DNA of 64,000 nt from Nostoc sp. (GTDB taxonomy: Bacteria > Cyanobacteriota > Cyanobacteriia > Cyanobacteriales > Nostocaceae), in the NCBI GenBank assembly GCA_036918135.1, contig JBALDB010000048.1:64001-128000 (forward strand), written 5' to 3'. A model generated the notes under the pieces. That model saw only the letters and a program-made list of their open reading frames with translations. It had not been told where the DNA came from and did no database searches. Below, piece after piece: positions 51,216 through 64,000 of the stretch. Position 1 is the first letter of the stretch, and every line of letters starts with the position of its first letter. A program made the position numbers and the translations under genes.

Positions 51216-52005
51216 GGAGTAAGGACAATGCCAAAATTATAATATTCCCACTTGAGATTTAGTATTGCTCTTAACCCATCTGGGTGTGGAAGCTGACTCT
51301 AATTCTCTTCTCTAGCTTAACCTGGATTTTTTTGATACTCCCAAGGTCGCCAGCACATGCTTTCTTTCAAAAGGCAACTTAATTGCTTAATCCGATAAGC
51401 CTGAGTTAGCGATCGGCAGGAAGGGAGCGTGCCATTTTCCACTATCCTTGTGCCCTTACCCTCACTCCTTACAGGGGTAAAAATCGTGTGCTTCCACATC
51501 GAATTTCCCGGATTTACAGGGGGAAGGGTCTGAGTATAACTTTTACTTTTTTTCCTAACTTTTAGTAGTTAACATGTGTACAGATACGAAATACGGCTCT
51601 ATACTATAAAGTCCCTGAAATTTAGATTTTTATAGTTCTTTACCTCTGAATAATGCATCCACTTGAAGGATTAATTATATTGCCAATCCGACTGTCTGAT
51701 TCGGTTAGTGGCGAGTTAGGGTGAATATTTTATTGATGTATTTTATTTTAACGCATTTCCTCTATTGATGACATACTCAATTAGGCATGGAGGACTGGGG
51801 TATTGGGAATTCGTTATTGGTCTTTGCGTCCTTGGAGATCCCTTATTTCTCCAATCCCTTCGATTTGCTTCATCTTCCCTAGTTCCCACTGCCTACTACC
51901 TATTAGCATAATTTTTTTAGGAAATTCTAACATTGGCAATTTGGATGCTATATTAGTAAGTCTAGTAGTGTGTGTACATATTAATATATTTTCTGGAATT
52001 GACTA

Positions 52006-52302
52006 GTGGCGAATACAAAGTCTGCTCTTAAGCGTGCCCAAATCGCAGAACGTAATCGACTGCGTAACAAAGCTTACAAATCAGCAGTCAAGACGCTGAT
52101 GAAGAAATACTTTAATGCTGTAACTGTCTATGCAGCTAATCCTACCCCAGAATTAAAACAAGAAGTACAGTCTAGGTTATCTGAGGCTTACAGCAAAATC
52201 GATAAAGCAGTAAAACGAGGTGTGCTTCACCCGAACAATGGGGCAAGGAAAAAATCAAAGTTGGCGATTAGACTAAAACCCGTTACACAAACAGCTCAGT
52301 AG
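52006..52302 (+). CDS. rpsT: 30S ribosomal protein S20
   Basis: [30 protein letters not shown]. Confidence 0.98.
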   Translation: MANTKSALKRAQIAERNRLRNKAYKSAVKTLMKKYFNAVTVYAANPTPELKQEVQSRLSEAYSKIDKAVKRGVLHPNNGARKKSKLAIRLKPVTQTAQ

Positions 52303-52529
52303 TCATCGGTCAGTTGTCCTTAGTCCTTTACAATGGGGACAAAAGACTAAGTGCAAAATAGAGCCAGTTACTTAGGTAAGTTACCGGACTTGTGTGTAAA
52401 CAGCCAAAGGGTGGCTTATCCTAGAGTACTGGCGTTGAGCTAAGACTTCGTGAGGTTCAGAACTTTGTCAAAAACGAGAAAAAACAAGGTGCAAAGTCAC
52501 AAATTGGAGGTTTTCTTTGATGACTTTGC

Positions 52530-52636
52530 CATCCTGCAGGGTACAGACGCCACTGAAGGAGCTGGGAAACCCTAGTCGAGCAGTGGCTCAACGGCAGTTC
52601 CTTTAAGCGGGGAAAAAGAGCCAACGGACTGCCTTA
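52530..52636. repeat. SDR-type dispersed repeat cluster
   Basis: gccact...gggaaaccc...agtggc and ggcagttcc...ggactgcc stem-loops. Confidence 0.55.
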
Positions 52637-52662
52637 ACTTTGTAACAGAAGACAAAGGACAA

Positions 52663-53451
52663 ATGATGCAACTGATAGACACGCACGTCCATCTCAACTT
52701 TGATAATTTTCAGCCAGATTTATTAGCAGTTCGATCGCGGTGGCAACAAGCAGGTGTAGTACGTTTAGTTCATTCGTGTGTTTCCCCTGAGGAGTTTCCC
52801 AGCATTCAAGCTATAGCGCATGAGTTTCCAGAAATCAGTTTTGCTGTAGGTTTGCATCCTTTAGATGCCCAGAAATGGAATCAGGACACAGCCGAGAAAA
52901 TTAAATATTTGGCGAGTTCTAACTCGAATGTAGTAGCAATTGGAGAAATGGGACTGGATTTTTACAAAGCTGATAACTATCAGCAACAGTACATGGTATT
53001 TGAGTCGCAGTTAGCGATCGCATCTGAACTCGACTTACCAGTAATTATCCACTGTCGCGATGCTGCTGCCCAAACCAGAGAAGTATTAGAAAAATGGCGC
53101 TCACTTAAAGGAGATAGAGTACGCGGGGTCATGCATTGTTGGGGAGGAACGCCAGAAGAAACTCAATGGTTTCTCGATTTGGGTTTTTACATTAGCTTTA
53201 GCGGAACAGTAACATTCAAAAACGCCAAAGCTATCCAATCCTCAGCAGCGATGGTAAGTAGCGATCGCTTACTTATTGAAACAGATTGCCCTTTTTTGGC
53301 TCCAGTTCCTAAACGTGGTGAGAGGCGCAACGAGCCTGCTTACGTCCGTTATGTAGCAGAGCAAGTAGCTAAACTGCGTCAAGAACCCGTGGAGGTCATC
53401 GCCCAGCAAACCACTGAAAATGCCTGTAAATTGTTCGGTTTATCAATATAA
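52663..53451 (+). CDS. tatD: TatD-family hydrolase/DNase
   Basis: DTHVH, GLHP, IGEMGLD, IHCR, MHCW, ETDCPFL, NEP. Confidence 0.95.
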   Translation: MMQLIDTHVHLNFDNFQPDLLAVRSRWQQAGVVRLVHSCVSPEEFPSIQAIAHEFPEISFAVGLHPLDAQKWNQDTAEKIKYLASSNSNVVAIGEMGLDFYKADNYQQQYMVFESQLAIASELDLPVIIHCRDAAAQTREVLEKWRSLKGDRVRGVMHCWGGTPEETQWFLDLGFYISFSGTVTFKNAKAIQSSAAMVSSDRLLIETDCPFLAPVPKRGERRNEPAYVRYVAEQVAKLRQEPVEVIAQQTTENACKLFGLSI

Positions 53452-54234
53452 AGTGTTCTTTAGTCTATTTTATTCAGTTGCGTTTAAAGAAATAAAACTT
53501 TAGGAGGACAAAAATATGCTAAAATCGTTCCCTCCAAAACATTTGAAAAGCGCCATAATGATAAAGGAAGGAGCGTAAAACTTCTGAGCTTAATTTTTCG
53601 TGGTGTTATTTGGCTTAGCCATCCTTAAAATCTCTACAAGCGGATGCTCTCCACACATGACTGACCGTGCCAACTCAGGTTGAGCCATAATTATGCACAA
53701 CATCGGCTTGGTGTGTATTTAATCTATACAAATTCGTTAAATGAAATTGCCCTGTGATTACAATCCAGCAAAATAAAGTGATTCTGATTCAAAGCCAACA
53801 ACATACGGATCGTTTCCTCAATCTTAGGATATCTAGAATATCACTGAGAGGATAGACATTAGGTGTGAATTTAAGACACACCGTGTAGAGCTGCGTAAGC
53901 AAATTAACGCGCTTTTTGGAGGGAAGGTGAGGAAAGTAGATCGAATTCAGGAATATCTTAATTGGAGATTGGGGAACTCGGGCCCCCAGAAAGTGGGGAT
54001 TAGGCAATGGGAATTAGAGAAGAGTCTTCTCTATACTCAGTACCTAGCACCTATTCCTGATTAGGAGCGATTATCCCTTGGCGAAATCGCTGATTCCAGC
54101 TTTTATTGCTGGTGCCCACATTTGTAAATAGTAGGTGTATAAAGAGTTTCCAAACTCGGACACTGGCTAGCAGTGGGAAGGATTAGATTACAGTGTCCAA
54201 AGAAAAATTTAACCAGGTTGACAAAGGTAGAGGC

Positions 54235-57200
54235 ATGATTAGAGAAACATATATGGAACCCGCCTTTCTGTTGCCCGACTTGATTGAAATCCAGCGTTCT
54301 AGCTTCCGCTGGTTTTTGGAAGAAGGGTTGATAGAAGAACTCAATTCCTTTAGTCCGATTACAGATTACACGGGCAAACTAGAACTGCACTTTTTGGGTC
54401 AAAACTACAAACTTAAAGAACCAAAGTACAGCGTTGAAGAAGCGAAACGGCGCGATAGTACCTACGCTGTCCAAATGTATGTTCCCACACGTTTGATTAA
54501 TAAGGAAACCGGGGAAATCAAAGAGCAAGAGGTATTCATTGGAGACTTGCCTTTGATGACCGATCGCGGCACCTTTATTATTAACGGAGCCGAGCGGGTG
54601 ATTGTCAACCAAATAGTGCGATCGCCAGGAGTTTACTACAAATCAGAAATCGATAAAAATGGGCGACGTACTTATTCAGCTAGCTTAATTCCCAACCGGG
54701 GGGCATGGCTGAAATTTGAAACAGACCGTAACGATCTGGTGTGGGTACGCATCGACAAAACCCGCAAACTCTCAGCCCAGGTGCTATTAAAAGCTTTAGG
54801 CTTATCAGACAACGAAATCTTCGACGCCTTACGCCACCCAGAATATTTCCAAAAAACCATCGAAAAAGAAGGGCAATTTTCGGAAGAAGAAGCCCTGATG
54901 GAGTTATACCGCAAGTTGCGTCCTGGTGAACCACCTACAGTTTTAGGCGGACAACAGCTCCTAGATTCCCGTTTCTTTGACCCGAAACGTTATGACTTGG
55001 GTCGTGTTGGGCGGTATAAGCTCAACAAGAAATTGCGCCTTTCTGTGCCCGACACCATGCGCGTGCTGACCTCCAGCGATATTTTGGCAGCGGTGGATTA
55101 TTTGATCAACCTAGAGTATGACATCGGCAACATCGATGACATTGACCATTTAGGTAACCGTCGTGTCAGAAGCGTCGGTGAATTGCTGCAAAACCAAGTG
55201 CGGGTAGGCTTAAACCGCCTAGAGAGAATCATTCGGGAACGGATGACCGTATCCGATGCCGAAGTACTCACTCCTGCTTCCTTGGTAAACCCCAAACCAC
55301 TGGTAGCAGCAATTAAAGAATTCTTCGGTTCCAGCCAATTAAGTCAGTTCATGGATCAAACTAATCCTTTAGCAGAACTGACTCATAAACGCCGTTTGAG
55401 TGCCCTCGGCCCTGGTGGTTTAACCCGCGAACGTGCGGGGTTTGCTGTCCGGGATATTCATCCTAGTCACTACGGACGCATTTGCCCGATTGAGACACCA
55501 GAAGGCCCTAACGCTGGGTTGATTGGCTCCTTGGCGACCCATGCACGGGTGAACCAATACGGGTTCTTGGAAACACCATTTAGACCTGTGGAAAATGGGC
55601 GCGTCAGATTTGATTTGACGCCAGCTTACATGACAGCCGATGAAGAAGACGACCTGCGGGTTGCTCCTGGAGACATTCCTGTAGATGAAACAGGGCATAT
55701 TATTGGGCCGCAAGTACCAGTACGCTATCGTCAGGAATTCTCCACCACAACACCAGAGCAAGTGGACTACGTAGCTGTGTCTCCCGTACAAATTGTGTCG
55801 GTAGCTACCAGCATGATTCCCTTCTTGGAGCATGATGACGCTAACCGAGCGCTGATGGGGTCTAACATGCAACGCCAAGCAGTACCCTTGTTGAAGCCAG
55901 AGCGGCCATTGGTAGGCACAGGTTTGGAAGCCCAAGGTGCAAGAGACTCCGGGATGGTAATTGTATCGCGTACTGATGGCGATGTCACCTACGTAGATGC
56001 TACAGAAATTCGGGTGCGTCCGAAACCCAATACCTCAGAAATTAAGTACACCCTTTCTAAGTACCAACGCTCAAACCAAGATACCTGTTTGAACCAGAAG
56101 CCCCTCGTTCGCATTGGTGAAAAAGTAGTGGCAGGTCAAGTACTAGCTGATGGCTCCTCCACCGAAGGCGGTGAATTGGCGTTAGGACAAAATATCGTCG
56201 TTGCTTACATGCCTTGGGAAGGCTACAACTACGAAGACGCAATTTTAATTTCTGAGCGATTGGTGCAGGATGACATCTACACCTCAATTCACATAGAAAA
56301 ATATGAAATTGAGGCTAGACAGACAAAATTGGGACCAGAAGAAATCACCAGAGAAATTCCTAACGTCGGGGAAGACGCCTTGCGGCAGTTAGATGAGCAA
56401 GGAATTATCCGCATTGGCGCATGGGTAGAAGCTGGGGATATTTTGGTGGGCAAAGTAACACCTAAAGGTGAATCCGACCAACCACCAGAAGAAAAACTGT
56501 TGCGGGCGATTTTTGGAGAAAAAGCGCGGGATGTGCGGGACAATTCCCTACGAGTACCCAACGGTGAAAAAGGGCGCGTAGTTGACGTGCGCTTATTTAC
56601 CCGCGAACAAGGTGATGAATTGCCCCCAGGAGCCAATATGGTAGTTCGGGTATATGTCGCCCAAAAACGCAAAATCCAAGTTGGAGACAAAATGGCAGGA
56701 CGCCACGGCAATAAAGGGATTATTTCCCGGATCTTGCCAGCAGAAGATATGCCTTATTTGCCTGATGGTTCGCCAGTGGACATCGTACTTAACCCCTTGG
56801 GCGTACCCAGCCGGATGAATGTCGGACAAGTATTTGAGTGCCTCTTAGGTTGGGCTGGTCATACCTTGGGAGTGCGATTTAAGATTACTCCCTTTGACGA
56901 AATGTATGGTGAAGAGTCATCCCGGAGAATCGTGCATGGCAAATTGCAAGAAGCACGGGATGAAACCAGCAAAGACTGGGTATATAACCCAGATGACCCA
57001 GGTAAAATCATGGTGTTTGATGGTCGTACAGGCGAACCCTTCGACCGACCAATTACCATCGGTGTGGCTTATATGCTGAAGCTGGTGCATTTGGTAGACG
57101 ATAAGATCCATGCGCGTTCTACAGGCCCGTACTCACTGGTGACCCAGCAACCCTTGGGTGGAAAAGCCCAACAAGGCGGTCAGCGGTTTGGGGAAATGGA

Positions 57201-57534
57201 AGTGTGGGCATTGGAAGCCTTTGGTGCGGCTTACACCTTACAGGAATTGCTGACAGTGAAATCCGACGATATGCAAGGACGAAATGAAGCGTTAAATGCG
57301 ATCGTTAAAGGTAAGGCAATTCCTAGACCAGGAACGCCAGAGTCCTTTAAGGTGTTAATGCGCGAACTACAATCATTGGGATTAGACATTGCCGTACACA
57401 AGGTAGAAACCCAAGCAGATGGTAGTTCCTTAGATGTGGAAGTCGATTTGATGGCAGACCAATCAGCCCGCCGTACACCTCCCCGACCCACTTACGAATC
57501 TCTTTCCCGCGATTCACTCGAAGATGACGAATAA
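54235..57534 (+). CDS. rpoB: RNA polymerase beta subunit
   Basis: [38 protein letters not shown]; start ATG 54235 (alternative GTG 54193). Confidence 0.99.
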   Translation: MIRETYMEPAFLLPDLIEIQRSSFRWFLEEGLIEELNSFSPITDYTGKLELHFLGQNYKLKEPKYSVEEAKRRDSTYAVQMYVPTRLINKETGEIKEQEVFIGDLPLMTDRGTFIINGAERVIVNQIVRSPGVYYKSEIDKNGRRTYSASLIPNRGAWLKFETDRNDLVWVRIDKTRKLSAQVLLKALGLSDNEIFDALRHPEYFQKTIEKEGQFSEEEALMELYRKLRPGEPPTVLGGQQLLDSRFFDPKRYDLGRVGRYKLNKKLRLSVPDTMRVLTSSDILAAVDYLINLEYDIGNIDDIDHLGNRRVRSVGELLQNQVRVGLNRLERIIRERMTVSDAEVLTPASLVNPKPLVAAIKEFFGSSQLSQFMDQTNPLAELTHKRRLSALGPGGLTRERAGFAVRDIHPSHYGRICPIETPEGPNAGLIGSLATHARVNQYGFLETPFRPVENGRVRFDLTPAYMTADEEDDLRVAPGDIPVDETGHIIGPQVPVRYRQEFSTTTPEQVDYVAVSPVQIVSVATSMIPFLEHDDANRALMGSNMQRQAVPLLKPERPLVGTGLEAQGARDSGMVIVSRTDGDVTYVDATEIRVRPKPNTSEIKYTLSKYQRSNQDTCLNQKPLVRIGEKVVAGQVLADGSSTEGGELALGQNIVVAYMPWEGYNYEDAILISERLVQDDIYTSIHIEKYEIEARQTKLGPEEITREIPNVGEDALRQLDEQGIIRIGAWVEAGDILVGKVTPKGESDQPPEEKLLRAIFGEKARDVRDNSLRVPNGEKGRVVDVRLFTREQGDELPPGANMVVRVYVAQKRKIQVGDKMAGRHGNKGIISRILPAEDMPYLPDGSPVDIVLNPLGVPSRMNVGQVFECLLGWAGHTLGVRFKITPFDEMYGEESSRRIVHGKLQEARDETSKDWVYNPDDPGKIMVFDGRTGEPFDRPITIGVAYMLKLVHLVDDKIHARSTGPYSLVTQQPLGGKAQQGGQRFGEMEVWALEAFGAAYTLQELLTVKSDDMQGRNEALNAIVKGKAIPRPGTPESFKVLMRELQSLGLDIAVHKVETQADGSSLDVEVDLMADQSARRTPPRPTYESLSRDSLEDDE

Positions 57535-57660
57535 TTCGTAATTGATAATACTCGCTTTTAGCGAGAAGTAAGCTATGTAATTCGCAATTAATTTTCAATT
57601 GCGAATTACTAATTAAAAATTGTTAATTACGAATTAGAAATTGTTAATTACGAATTACTA
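57533..57660. repeat. STRR heptamers TAATTCG / AATTACG in inverted arrangement
   Basis: Fills the rpoB-rpoC1 spacer; same family fills 59540-59600. Confidence 0.8.
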
Positions 57661-57663
57661 AAG

Positions 57664-59541
57664 ATGAGACCAGCCCAAACTAATCAGTTTGACTACGTAA
57701 AAATCGGCTTAGCATCACCAGAACGTATTCGCCAGTGGGGTGAGAGAACTTTGCCCAATGGTCAGGTAGTTGGTGAAGTCACCAAGCCAGAAACGATTAA
57801 TTACCGAACTCTTAAGCCAGAGATGGATGGCTTATTCTGCGAGCGGATCTTTGGCCCAGCCAAAGATTGGGAATGTCATTGTGGTAAGTATAAAAGAGTG
57901 CGTCACAGAGGGATTGTCTGTGAGCGCTGTGGGGTAGAAGTTACCGAGTCACGGGTGCGGCGGCATCGCATGGGTTATATTAAGCTCGCCGCGCCAGTAG
58001 CTCACGTTTGGTATCTCAAAGGCATTCCTAGCTATATTTCCATCCTACTGGATATGCCCTTACGGGATGTGGAGCAGATTGTCTATTTCAACTCTTATGT
58101 TGTCTTAAGTCCAGGCAATGCCGAAACTTTAAGTTATAAACAGCTATTAAGTGAAGACCAGTGGCTGGAAATTGAAGACCAAATTTATAGTGAAGATTCT
58201 CAGCTACAGGGCGTAGAAGTAGGCATTGGTGCTGAAGCATTGCTGCGCTTGCTTGCCGATATCAATTTAGAGCAAGAAGCCGAAAGCCTGCGGGAAGAAA
58301 TTGGCAATGCCAAGGGACAAAAAAGAGCCAAACTTATTAAACGACTGCGGGTAATTGACAACTTCATCGCTACTGGTTCTAAACCAGAGTGGATGGTAAT
58401 GGCAGTTATTCCGGTGATTCCCCCCGACTTGCGCCCAATGGTGCAGCTAGATGGCGGACGGTTTGCTACTAGCGATTTGAATGATTTATATCGGCGGGTA
58501 ATTAACCGGAATAATCGTTTGGCACGCTTGCAAGAAATTTTGGCACCAGAGATCATTGTGCGGAACGAAAAGCGGATGCTGCAAGAAGCAGTGGATGCTT
58601 TGATTGACAATGGTCGTCGCGGACGGACTGTGGTGGGGGCGAATAACCGACCCTTGAAATCTTTGTCCGACATTATTGAAGGTAAGCAAGGACGTTTTAG
58701 ACAAAACTTGTTAGGTAAACGAGTTGACTACTCTGGACGTTCGGTAATTGTGGTCGGGCCGAAGCTGAAAATTCACCAGTGCGGTTTGCCTAGAGAAATG
58801 GCAATTGAGCTATTTCAACCATTTGTGATTAACCGCCTGATTCGCAGTGGTATGGTGAATAATATCAAAGCTGCGAAAAAGCTAATATCGCGTAATGACC
58901 CTAGTGTTTGGGATGTATTGGAAGAAGTAATTGAAGGACACCCAGTGCTACTTAACCGGGCACCGACGTTGCACCGCTTGGGTATTCAATCTTTTGAACC
59001 AATCTTGGTAGAAGGGAGAGCAATTCAACTGCATCCTTTGGTGTGTCCGGCATTTAACGCTGACTTTGATGGCGACCAAATGGCGGTACACGTGCCGCTG
59101 TCATTAGAAAGTCAGGCTGAGGCACGGTTGTTGATGTTGGCTTCTAACAATATTTTGTCACCAGCCACAGGTAAACCGATTATCACGCCTAGCCAAGACA
59201 TGGTGTTGGGAGCATATTACTTAACAGCAGAAAATCCCGCTGCTACCAAAGGTGCAGGCAAGTATTTTGCTTCCTTAGATGACGTAATTATGGCTTTCCA
59301 GCAAGAGGAAATTGACTTGCACGCCTATATTTATGTGCGGTTTGACGGCGAACTCGAATCAGACCAACCTGATACAGAACCTCTTGAAGTACAAGAAAAC
59401 GAAGATGGCACCCGGACATTAAAGTATCAGTTCCGCCGAGTTCGGGAAGACGCTAAGGGAAATCTCGTTTCACAGTATATACGTACAACGCCTGGTCGGG
59501 TTATTTACAATAAAGCGATTCAGGAAGCACTTGCAAGCTAA
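57664..59541 (+). CDS. rpoC1: RNA polymerase gamma subunit
   Basis: Zn-finger CHCGKYK...[13 protein letters not shown] catalytic motif. Confidence 0.99.
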   Translation: MRPAQTNQFDYVKIGLASPERIRQWGERTLPNGQVVGEVTKPETINYRTLKPEMDGLFCERIFGPAKDWECHCGKYKRVRHRGIVCERCGVEVTESRVRRHRMGYIKLAAPVAHVWYLKGIPSYISILLDMPLRDVEQIVYFNSYVVLSPGNAETLSYKQLLSEDQWLEIEDQIYSEDSQLQGVEVGIGAEALLRLLADINLEQEAESLREEIGNAKGQKRAKLIKRLRVIDNFIATGSKPEWMVMAVIPVIPPDLRPMVQLDGGRFATSDLNDLYRRVINRNNRLARLQEILAPEIIVRNEKRMLQEAVDALIDNGRRGRTVVGANNRPLKSLSDIIEGKQGRFRQNLLGKRVDYSGRSVIVVGPKLKIHQCGLPREMAIELFQPFVINRLIRSGMVNNIKAAKKLISRNDPSVWDVLEEVIEGHPVLLNRAPTLHRLGIQSFEPILVEGRAIQLHPLVCPAFNADFDGDQMAVHVPLSLESQAEARLLMLASNNILSPATGKPIITPSQDMVLGAYYLTAENPAATKGAGKYFASLDDVIMAFQQEEIDLHAYIYVRFDGELESDQPDTEPLEVQENEDGTRTLKYQFRRVREDAKGNLVSQYIRTTPGRVIYNKAIQEALAS

Positions 59542-59624
59542 TTTGTAATTTCTAATTCGTAATTCGTAATTGAAGAGTTAATTACGAATTACGAATTATG
59601 TTAATGACTTAGGACTAATGACTA

Positions 59625-62600
59625 ATGACTGAAAAAATGATTTTTCGCAATCGCGTAGTTAACAAAAGTCAACTGCAAAAATTAATCTCTTGGGCTTTTA
59701 CGCATTATGGGACGGCGCGAACCGCAGTCATGGCGGACAAACTCAAAGATTTGGGATTTCGCTATGCCACCAAAGCAGGGGTTTCCATTAGTGTAGATGA
59801 CTTGATGGTGCCTCCAACTAAGCGATCGCTTCTAGAAGCAGCCGAAGAAGAAATTCGTGCCACCGAAGCCCGTTACCAACGGGGTGAAATTACTGAAGTA
59901 GAACGTTTCCAAAAAGTAATTGATACTTGGAACGGTACCAGTGAAGCCCTCAAAGATGAGGTAGTTGTCCACTTTAAGAAGACTAATCCCCTAAACTCCG
60001 TATACATGATGGCATTCTCCGGGGCGCGGGGTAACATCTCCCAAGTCCGGCAATTGGTAGGGATGCGGGGACTGATGGCAGATCCGCAAGGGGAAATTAT
60101 CGACTTGCCCATCAAAACTAACTTCCGGGAAGGGCTGACGGTGACGGAATACATTATTTCGTCTTACGGCGCGAGAAAAGGATTGGTGGATACCGCCTTA
60201 CGGACGGCTGACTCTGGTTATCTTACCCGGCGTTTGGTGGACGTATCCCAGGATGTAATTATTCGGGAATTTGACTGTGGCACCAATAGAGGCATTCCTA
60301 TTCGGCCAATGACAGAAGGTGCCAAAACTTTGATTCCTCTGGCAACCCGCTTGATGGGACGGGTAGTTGGTGAGGATGTGATACATCCAACGACAAAAGA
60401 AGTGATTGCACCACGCAACACCCCAATTTCTGACGACTTGGCCAAGGAAATTGGCAAATCTGGCGTAGCAGAAGTTGTAGTGCGGAGTCCCTTAACTTGT
60501 GAAGCTGCACGTTCTGTCTGTCAACATTGCTATGGCTGGAGTTTAGCTCACGCCAAGATGGTAGACTTGGGCGAAGCTGTGGGAATCATTGCTGCTCAAA
60601 GTATCGGTGAACCAGGCACCCAGCTAACCATGCGGACATTCCACACAGGTGGTGTGTTTACCGGGGAAGTGGCGCAACAAGTCCGTTCTAAAATCGATGG
60701 GACTGTGAAAATTCCCCGCAAGTTGCGGACAAGACAATATCGTACCCGCCACGGTGAAGATGCTTTGTATGTTGAGGCCAATGGCGTCATCATTTTGGAA
60801 CCAAATAAAGAAGGCGATGCTACACCAGCTAACCAAGAAGTACAGGTGACTCAAGGTTCTACATTATATGTATTTGACGGCAATAAAGTAAAACAAGGTC
60901 AGTTGTTGGCAGAAGTTGCCCTTGGTGGACGCACTACTCGAACTAATACAGAAAAAGCCGTTAAAGATGTGGCTTCTGACTTAGCAGGGGAAGTGCAATT
61001 TGCGGAAGTTGTGCCAGAACAAAAAACCGACCGTCAAGGCAACACTACAACTACAGCCGCACGCGGTGGCTTGATTTGGATTTTATCTGGGGAAGTTTAC
61101 AACTTGCCACCAGGTGCCGAATTGGTAGTAAAAAATGGTGATGCGATCGCTTCTAATGGAGTATTAGCAGAAACCAAATTAACTACTCTGCACGGGGGTG
61201 TAGTGCGCTTACCCGAAGCTACTCCAGGTAAGAGTACCAGGGAAATTGAGATTATCACTGCTTCTGTGGTCTTAGACCAGGCAACAGTAACAGTCCAAAG
61301 CTCCCAAGGTCGCAATAACTACCTAGTCTCCACTAGCAACAACCAAGTATTTAATCTCCGCGCAACACCAGGCACAAAAGTGCAAAATGGTCAAGTTGTA
61401 GCCGAGTTAATTGACGACCGCTATCGCACAAGTACTGGTGGATTCCTAAAATTTGCGGGCGTAGAAGTCCAGAAAAAAGGCAAAGCCAAACTGGGTTATG
61501 AAGTCGTCCAAGGTGGTACGCTGTTGTGGATTCCGGAAGAAACACACGAAGTTAATAAAGATATCTCCTTACTGTTGGTAGAAGACGGTCAATTTGTGGA
61601 AGCTGGCAGCGAAGTTGTGAAGGACATCTTCTGCCAAAACAGCGGTGTGATTGAAGTTACGCAGAAAAACGACATTCTGCGGGAAGTAGTGGTGAAGCCA
61701 GGGGAACTACTGATGGTGGACGACCCCGAAGCAGTCATGGGACGAGATAACACCTTCATCCAGCCAGGTGAAGAATTTCAAGGCACTGTCGCCACAGAAT
61801 TACGCTATATCCAGTATATAGAGACACCAGAAGGCCCTGCCCTGTTGAGTCGTCCAGTAGTCGAGTTCGCCGTACCGAACAATCCTGACGTGCCATCGAC
61901 CACATCGGTAAGTCAACAAACTGGACGTTCCATTCAGTTGCGTGCTGTGCAGCGCTTGCCTTATAAAGATTCCGAACGCGTGAAATCTGTGGAAGGTGTG
62001 GAACTGCTGCGAACCCAGCTAGTGCTGGAAATTGAGCAAGAAGGCGAACAAGACCACAACGCTTCCCCCCTAGCAGCAGATATTGAATTGGTACAGGATA
62101 GCGAAAATGAAGAAGTTCAGCGCTTGCAGTTGGTGATTTTGGAGTCTTTGGTAATTCGTCGAGACATTACCGCTGATGCCACCCAAGGTAGCACCCAGAC
62201 AACACTAGAAGTCCAAGATGGACTAACCATCGCCCCTGGTTCCGTGGTCGCACGTACTCAAATCTTGTCTAAAGAAGGCGGGATAGTCCGGGGCGTGCAA
62301 AAGGGAACTGAAAATGTGCGTCGCTGTTTGGTGTTGCGGGAAACTGACATGATTACCGTAAATACCAGTAGCCAGCCGAAAGTAAAAGCGGGTGAATTGC
62401 TTGTAGCAGGTACAGAAGTTGCCACTGAAGTTTTTGCTGACGAATCTGGGCAAGTAATGGATGTCAAAAAGGTAATGAGTGCTGAATCTAAAGCGAGTCA
62501 AGGAAATACTCAAGACTCAGCACTTAGCACTCAGAACTACGCTATTACTATCCGCCTCGGTCGTCCCTATCGAGTCAGCCCTGGTGCTGTATTGCAAATA

Positions 62601-63689
62601 GAAGATGGAGATTTGGTACAACGGGGTGATAACTTAGTGTTGCTGGTGTTTGAACGCGCCAAAACCGGAGACATTATTCAAGGTTTGCCCCGGATTGAAG
62701 AATTGCTGGAAGCTCGTAAACCGAAAGAGGCGTGTATTTTAGCACGGCGAGCCGGAGAAGTCAAGGTAGTTTACGGTGATGGTGATGAAGCGATCGCCAT
62801 TAAGGTTGTAGAATCAAATGGTGTAGTTACAGATTATCCTCTCGGGCCGGGACAAAATTTAACTATCCCAGATGGATCTCATATTTCAGCCGGACAACCG
62901 TTAACCGATGGCCCATCCAACCCGCACGAAATTTTGGAAATCTTCTTTAGCTTGGGTTCCGAAGACGGAGTTTATGCTTGTGCTAGCCATGCTTTGCAGA
63001 AGGTACAGACATTCTTAGTCAATGAAGTGCAAATGGTGTATCAGTCTCAAGGGATTGATATTTCCGATAAGCACATTGAAGTAATTGTGCGCCAGATGAC
63101 CAACAAAGTCCGGATTGATGATGGTGGCGACACCACAATGCTTCCCGGCGAATTGGTGGAACTGCGCCAAGTTGAGCAGGTGAACGAAGCAATGGCAATT
63201 ACAGGCGGTGCTAGGGCACAGTATACCCCGGTACTACTAGGTATTACCAAAGCATCATTGAACACCGACAGCTTTATTTCTGCTGCATCCTTCCAAGAGA
63301 CAACACGCGTATTAACCGAAGCAGCTATTGAAGGCAAATCTGACTGGCTGCGGGGATTAAAGGAAAACGTGATTATCGGGCGATTGATTCCGGCTGGTAC
63401 TGGTTACAATACCTATGAAGAAACCAGTGCGATCGATGACTATGCTGTTGATATTAGCAGTAGTGTCTTAGATGAAGTTGACGATCCCCTCGATATGGTT
63501 TTAGATGACCGCACAGCTCGTACCTATAATTTAGATTCTCCCACCCTTGGGGAATCTAGCTATGGCAACAGACGTGCAGAAAGGTCAATTTTAGATGACG
63601 ACGATGACTTAATTGCTGATGAAATAGCAGACGAAGACGATTACGAAGAAGACGATGAAGACGACGAAGATGATTTCGACGACGAGTAA
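59625..63689 (+). CDS. rpoC2: RNA polymerase beta' (C-terminal) subunit
   Basis: [31 protein letters not shown]3 insertion, SAASFQET, acidic tail. Confidence 0.99.
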   Translation: MTEKMIFRNRVVNKSQLQKLISWAFTHYGTARTAVMADKLKDLGFRYATKAGVSISVDDLMVPPTKRSLLEAAEEEIRATEARYQRGEITEVERFQKVIDTWNGTSEALKDEVVVHFKKTNPLNSVYMMAFSGARGNISQVRQLVGMRGLMADPQGEIIDLPIKTNFREGLTVTEYIISSYGARKGLVDTALRTADSGYLTRRLVDVSQDVIIREFDCGTNRGIPIRPMTEGAKTLIPLATRLMGRVVGEDVIHPTTKEVIAPRNTPISDDLAKEIGKSGVAEVVVRSPLTCEAARSVCQHCYGWSLAHAKMVDLGEAVGIIAAQSIGEPGTQLTMRTFHTGGVFTGEVAQQVRSKIDGTVKIPRKLRTRQYRTRHGEDALYVEANGVIILEPNKEGDATPANQEVQVTQGSTLYVFDGNKVKQGQLLAEVALGGRTTRTNTEKAVKDVASDLAGEVQFAEVVPEQKTDRQGNTTTTAARGGLIWILSGEVYNLPPGAELVVKNGDAIASNGVLAETKLTTLHGGVVRLPEATPGKSTREIEIITASVVLDQATVTVQSSQGRNNYLVSTSNNQVFNLRATPGTKVQNGQVVAELIDDRYRTSTGGFLKFAGVEVQKKGKAKLGYEVVQGGTLLWIPEETHEVNKDISLLLVEDGQFVEAGSEVVKDIFCQNSGVIEVTQKNDILREVVVKPGELLMVDDPEAVMGRDNTFIQPGEEFQGTVATELRYIQYIETPEGPALLSRPVVEFAVPNNPDVPSTTSVSQQTGRSIQLRAVQRLPYKDSERVKSVEGVELLRTQLVLEIEQEGEQDHNASPLAADIELVQDSENEEVQRLQLVILESLVIRRDITADATQGSTQTTLEVQDGLTIAPGSVVARTQILSKEGGIVRGVQKGTENVRRCLVLRETDMITVNTSSQPKVKAGELLVAGTEVATEVFADESGQVMDVKKVMSAESKASQGNTQDSALSTQNYAITIRLGRPYRVSPGAVLQIEDGDLVQRGDNLVLLVFERAKTGDIIQGLPRIEELLEARKPKEACILARRAGEVKVVYGDGDEAIAIKVVESNGVVTDYPLGPGQNLTIPDGSHISAGQPLTDGPSNPHEILEIFFSLGSEDGVYACASHALQKVQTFLVNEVQMVYQSQGIDISDKHIEVIVRQMTNKVRIDDGGDTTMLPGELVELRQVEQVNEAMAITGGARAQYTPVLLGITKASLNTDSFISAASFQETTRVLTEAAIEGKSDWLRGLKENVIIGRLIPAGTGYNTYEETSAIDDYAVDISSSVLDEVDDPLDMVLDDRTARTYNLDSPTLGESSYGNRRAERSILDDDDDLIADEIADEDDYEEDDEDDEDDFDDE

Positions 63690-63692
63690 AAA

Positions 63693-63720
63693 GTACAGAC
63701 GCGATTAATCGCGTTTGTAC
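63693..63720. repeat. REP-like palindrome
   Basis: GTACAGACGCGATTAATCGCGTTTGTAC. Confidence 0.75.
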
Positions 63721-63726
63721 AAAAAT

Positions 63727-63760
63727 AAAAAGGCAAAAGAAGATTTTCTTTTGCCTTTTT
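63727..63760 (+). terminator. Terminator of the rpoBC1C2 operon (probably bidirectional)
   Basis: AAAAAGGCAAAAGAA-GATT-TTCTTTTGCCTTTTT perfect 15-bp stem. Confidence 0.88.
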
Positions 63761-64000
63761 AGTTTGTTTTCAAAAAACACATTATAAAATTTTGATTTCT
63801 AGCTTTAAATTTAAGATTATGGAGTTTTTTTACATTGTAGTGGAAGGGAATAATTTTGATGTTGATAGTTTTTTAGCTGCAAATGATATTCAAGCAGATT
63901 TTTGATAGCATAAAGACAATAAAAGAACTAGTTGTGTTACAAATTTTTCAAAATATAGCTTTATTAAATTATTCTGAATTTTCACTATAAAAAAATCCTT

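Noticed and set aside
51317..51499. 60-aa ORF upstream of hisD as a His attenuator leader peptide
   Set aside because: Only one His codon, too long, and no terminator/antiterminator seen
53925..53945. GAGGAAAGT resembling RNase P RNA
   Set aside because: The following CC-GGGCT and the other conserved rnpB regions are absent
54379..63337. Many antisense ORFs inside the rpo genes (and similar ones in other core genes)
   Set aside because: Expected shadow frames from codon bias; no RBS or domain evidence
57664..63689. Split beta' subunit (rpoC1/rpoC2)
   Set aside because: Normal for cyanobacteria

Overview
Chromosomal window from a heterocyst-forming cyanobacterium (Nostoc-like). This call rests on dense HIP1 GCGATCGC sites, STRR/SDR repeats, the split rpoC1/rpoC2 and ndhH. 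Most of it is core genome: ctaA-ctaB, cobT, Crp, gmd-fcl and glycosyltransferases, pgsA, a fumarase/aspartase, rsmH, ndhH, hslO, hisD, and rpsT-tatD-rpoB-rpoC1-rpoC2. Small accessory patches are a TonB receptor/AraC iron-uptake unit with a decayed second receptor, a decayed kinase/HicAB toxin-antitoxin cluster, LysR-bestrophin, an AT-rich trio (MORN kinase, 11-aa-repeat exported protein, L,D-transpeptidase) and a PadR gene with an overlapping partner ORF. Items the ORF track misses: several pseudogenes (Rpn-family, HicA, HicB-like, Uma2, TBDT), a 31-aa membrane microprotein, a 21-nt insertion splitting a HIP1 site, and long-range inverted repeats upstream of hisD and rpoB. Best leads are (i) the kinase/repeat protein/L,D-transpeptidase module as a possible cell-wall tethering system and (ii) an NDUFAF7/MidA methyltransferase plus microprotein directly downstream of ndhH. 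No rRNA, tRNA, CRISPR array or intact transposase was seen. All family assignments come from motif recognition, not database searches.
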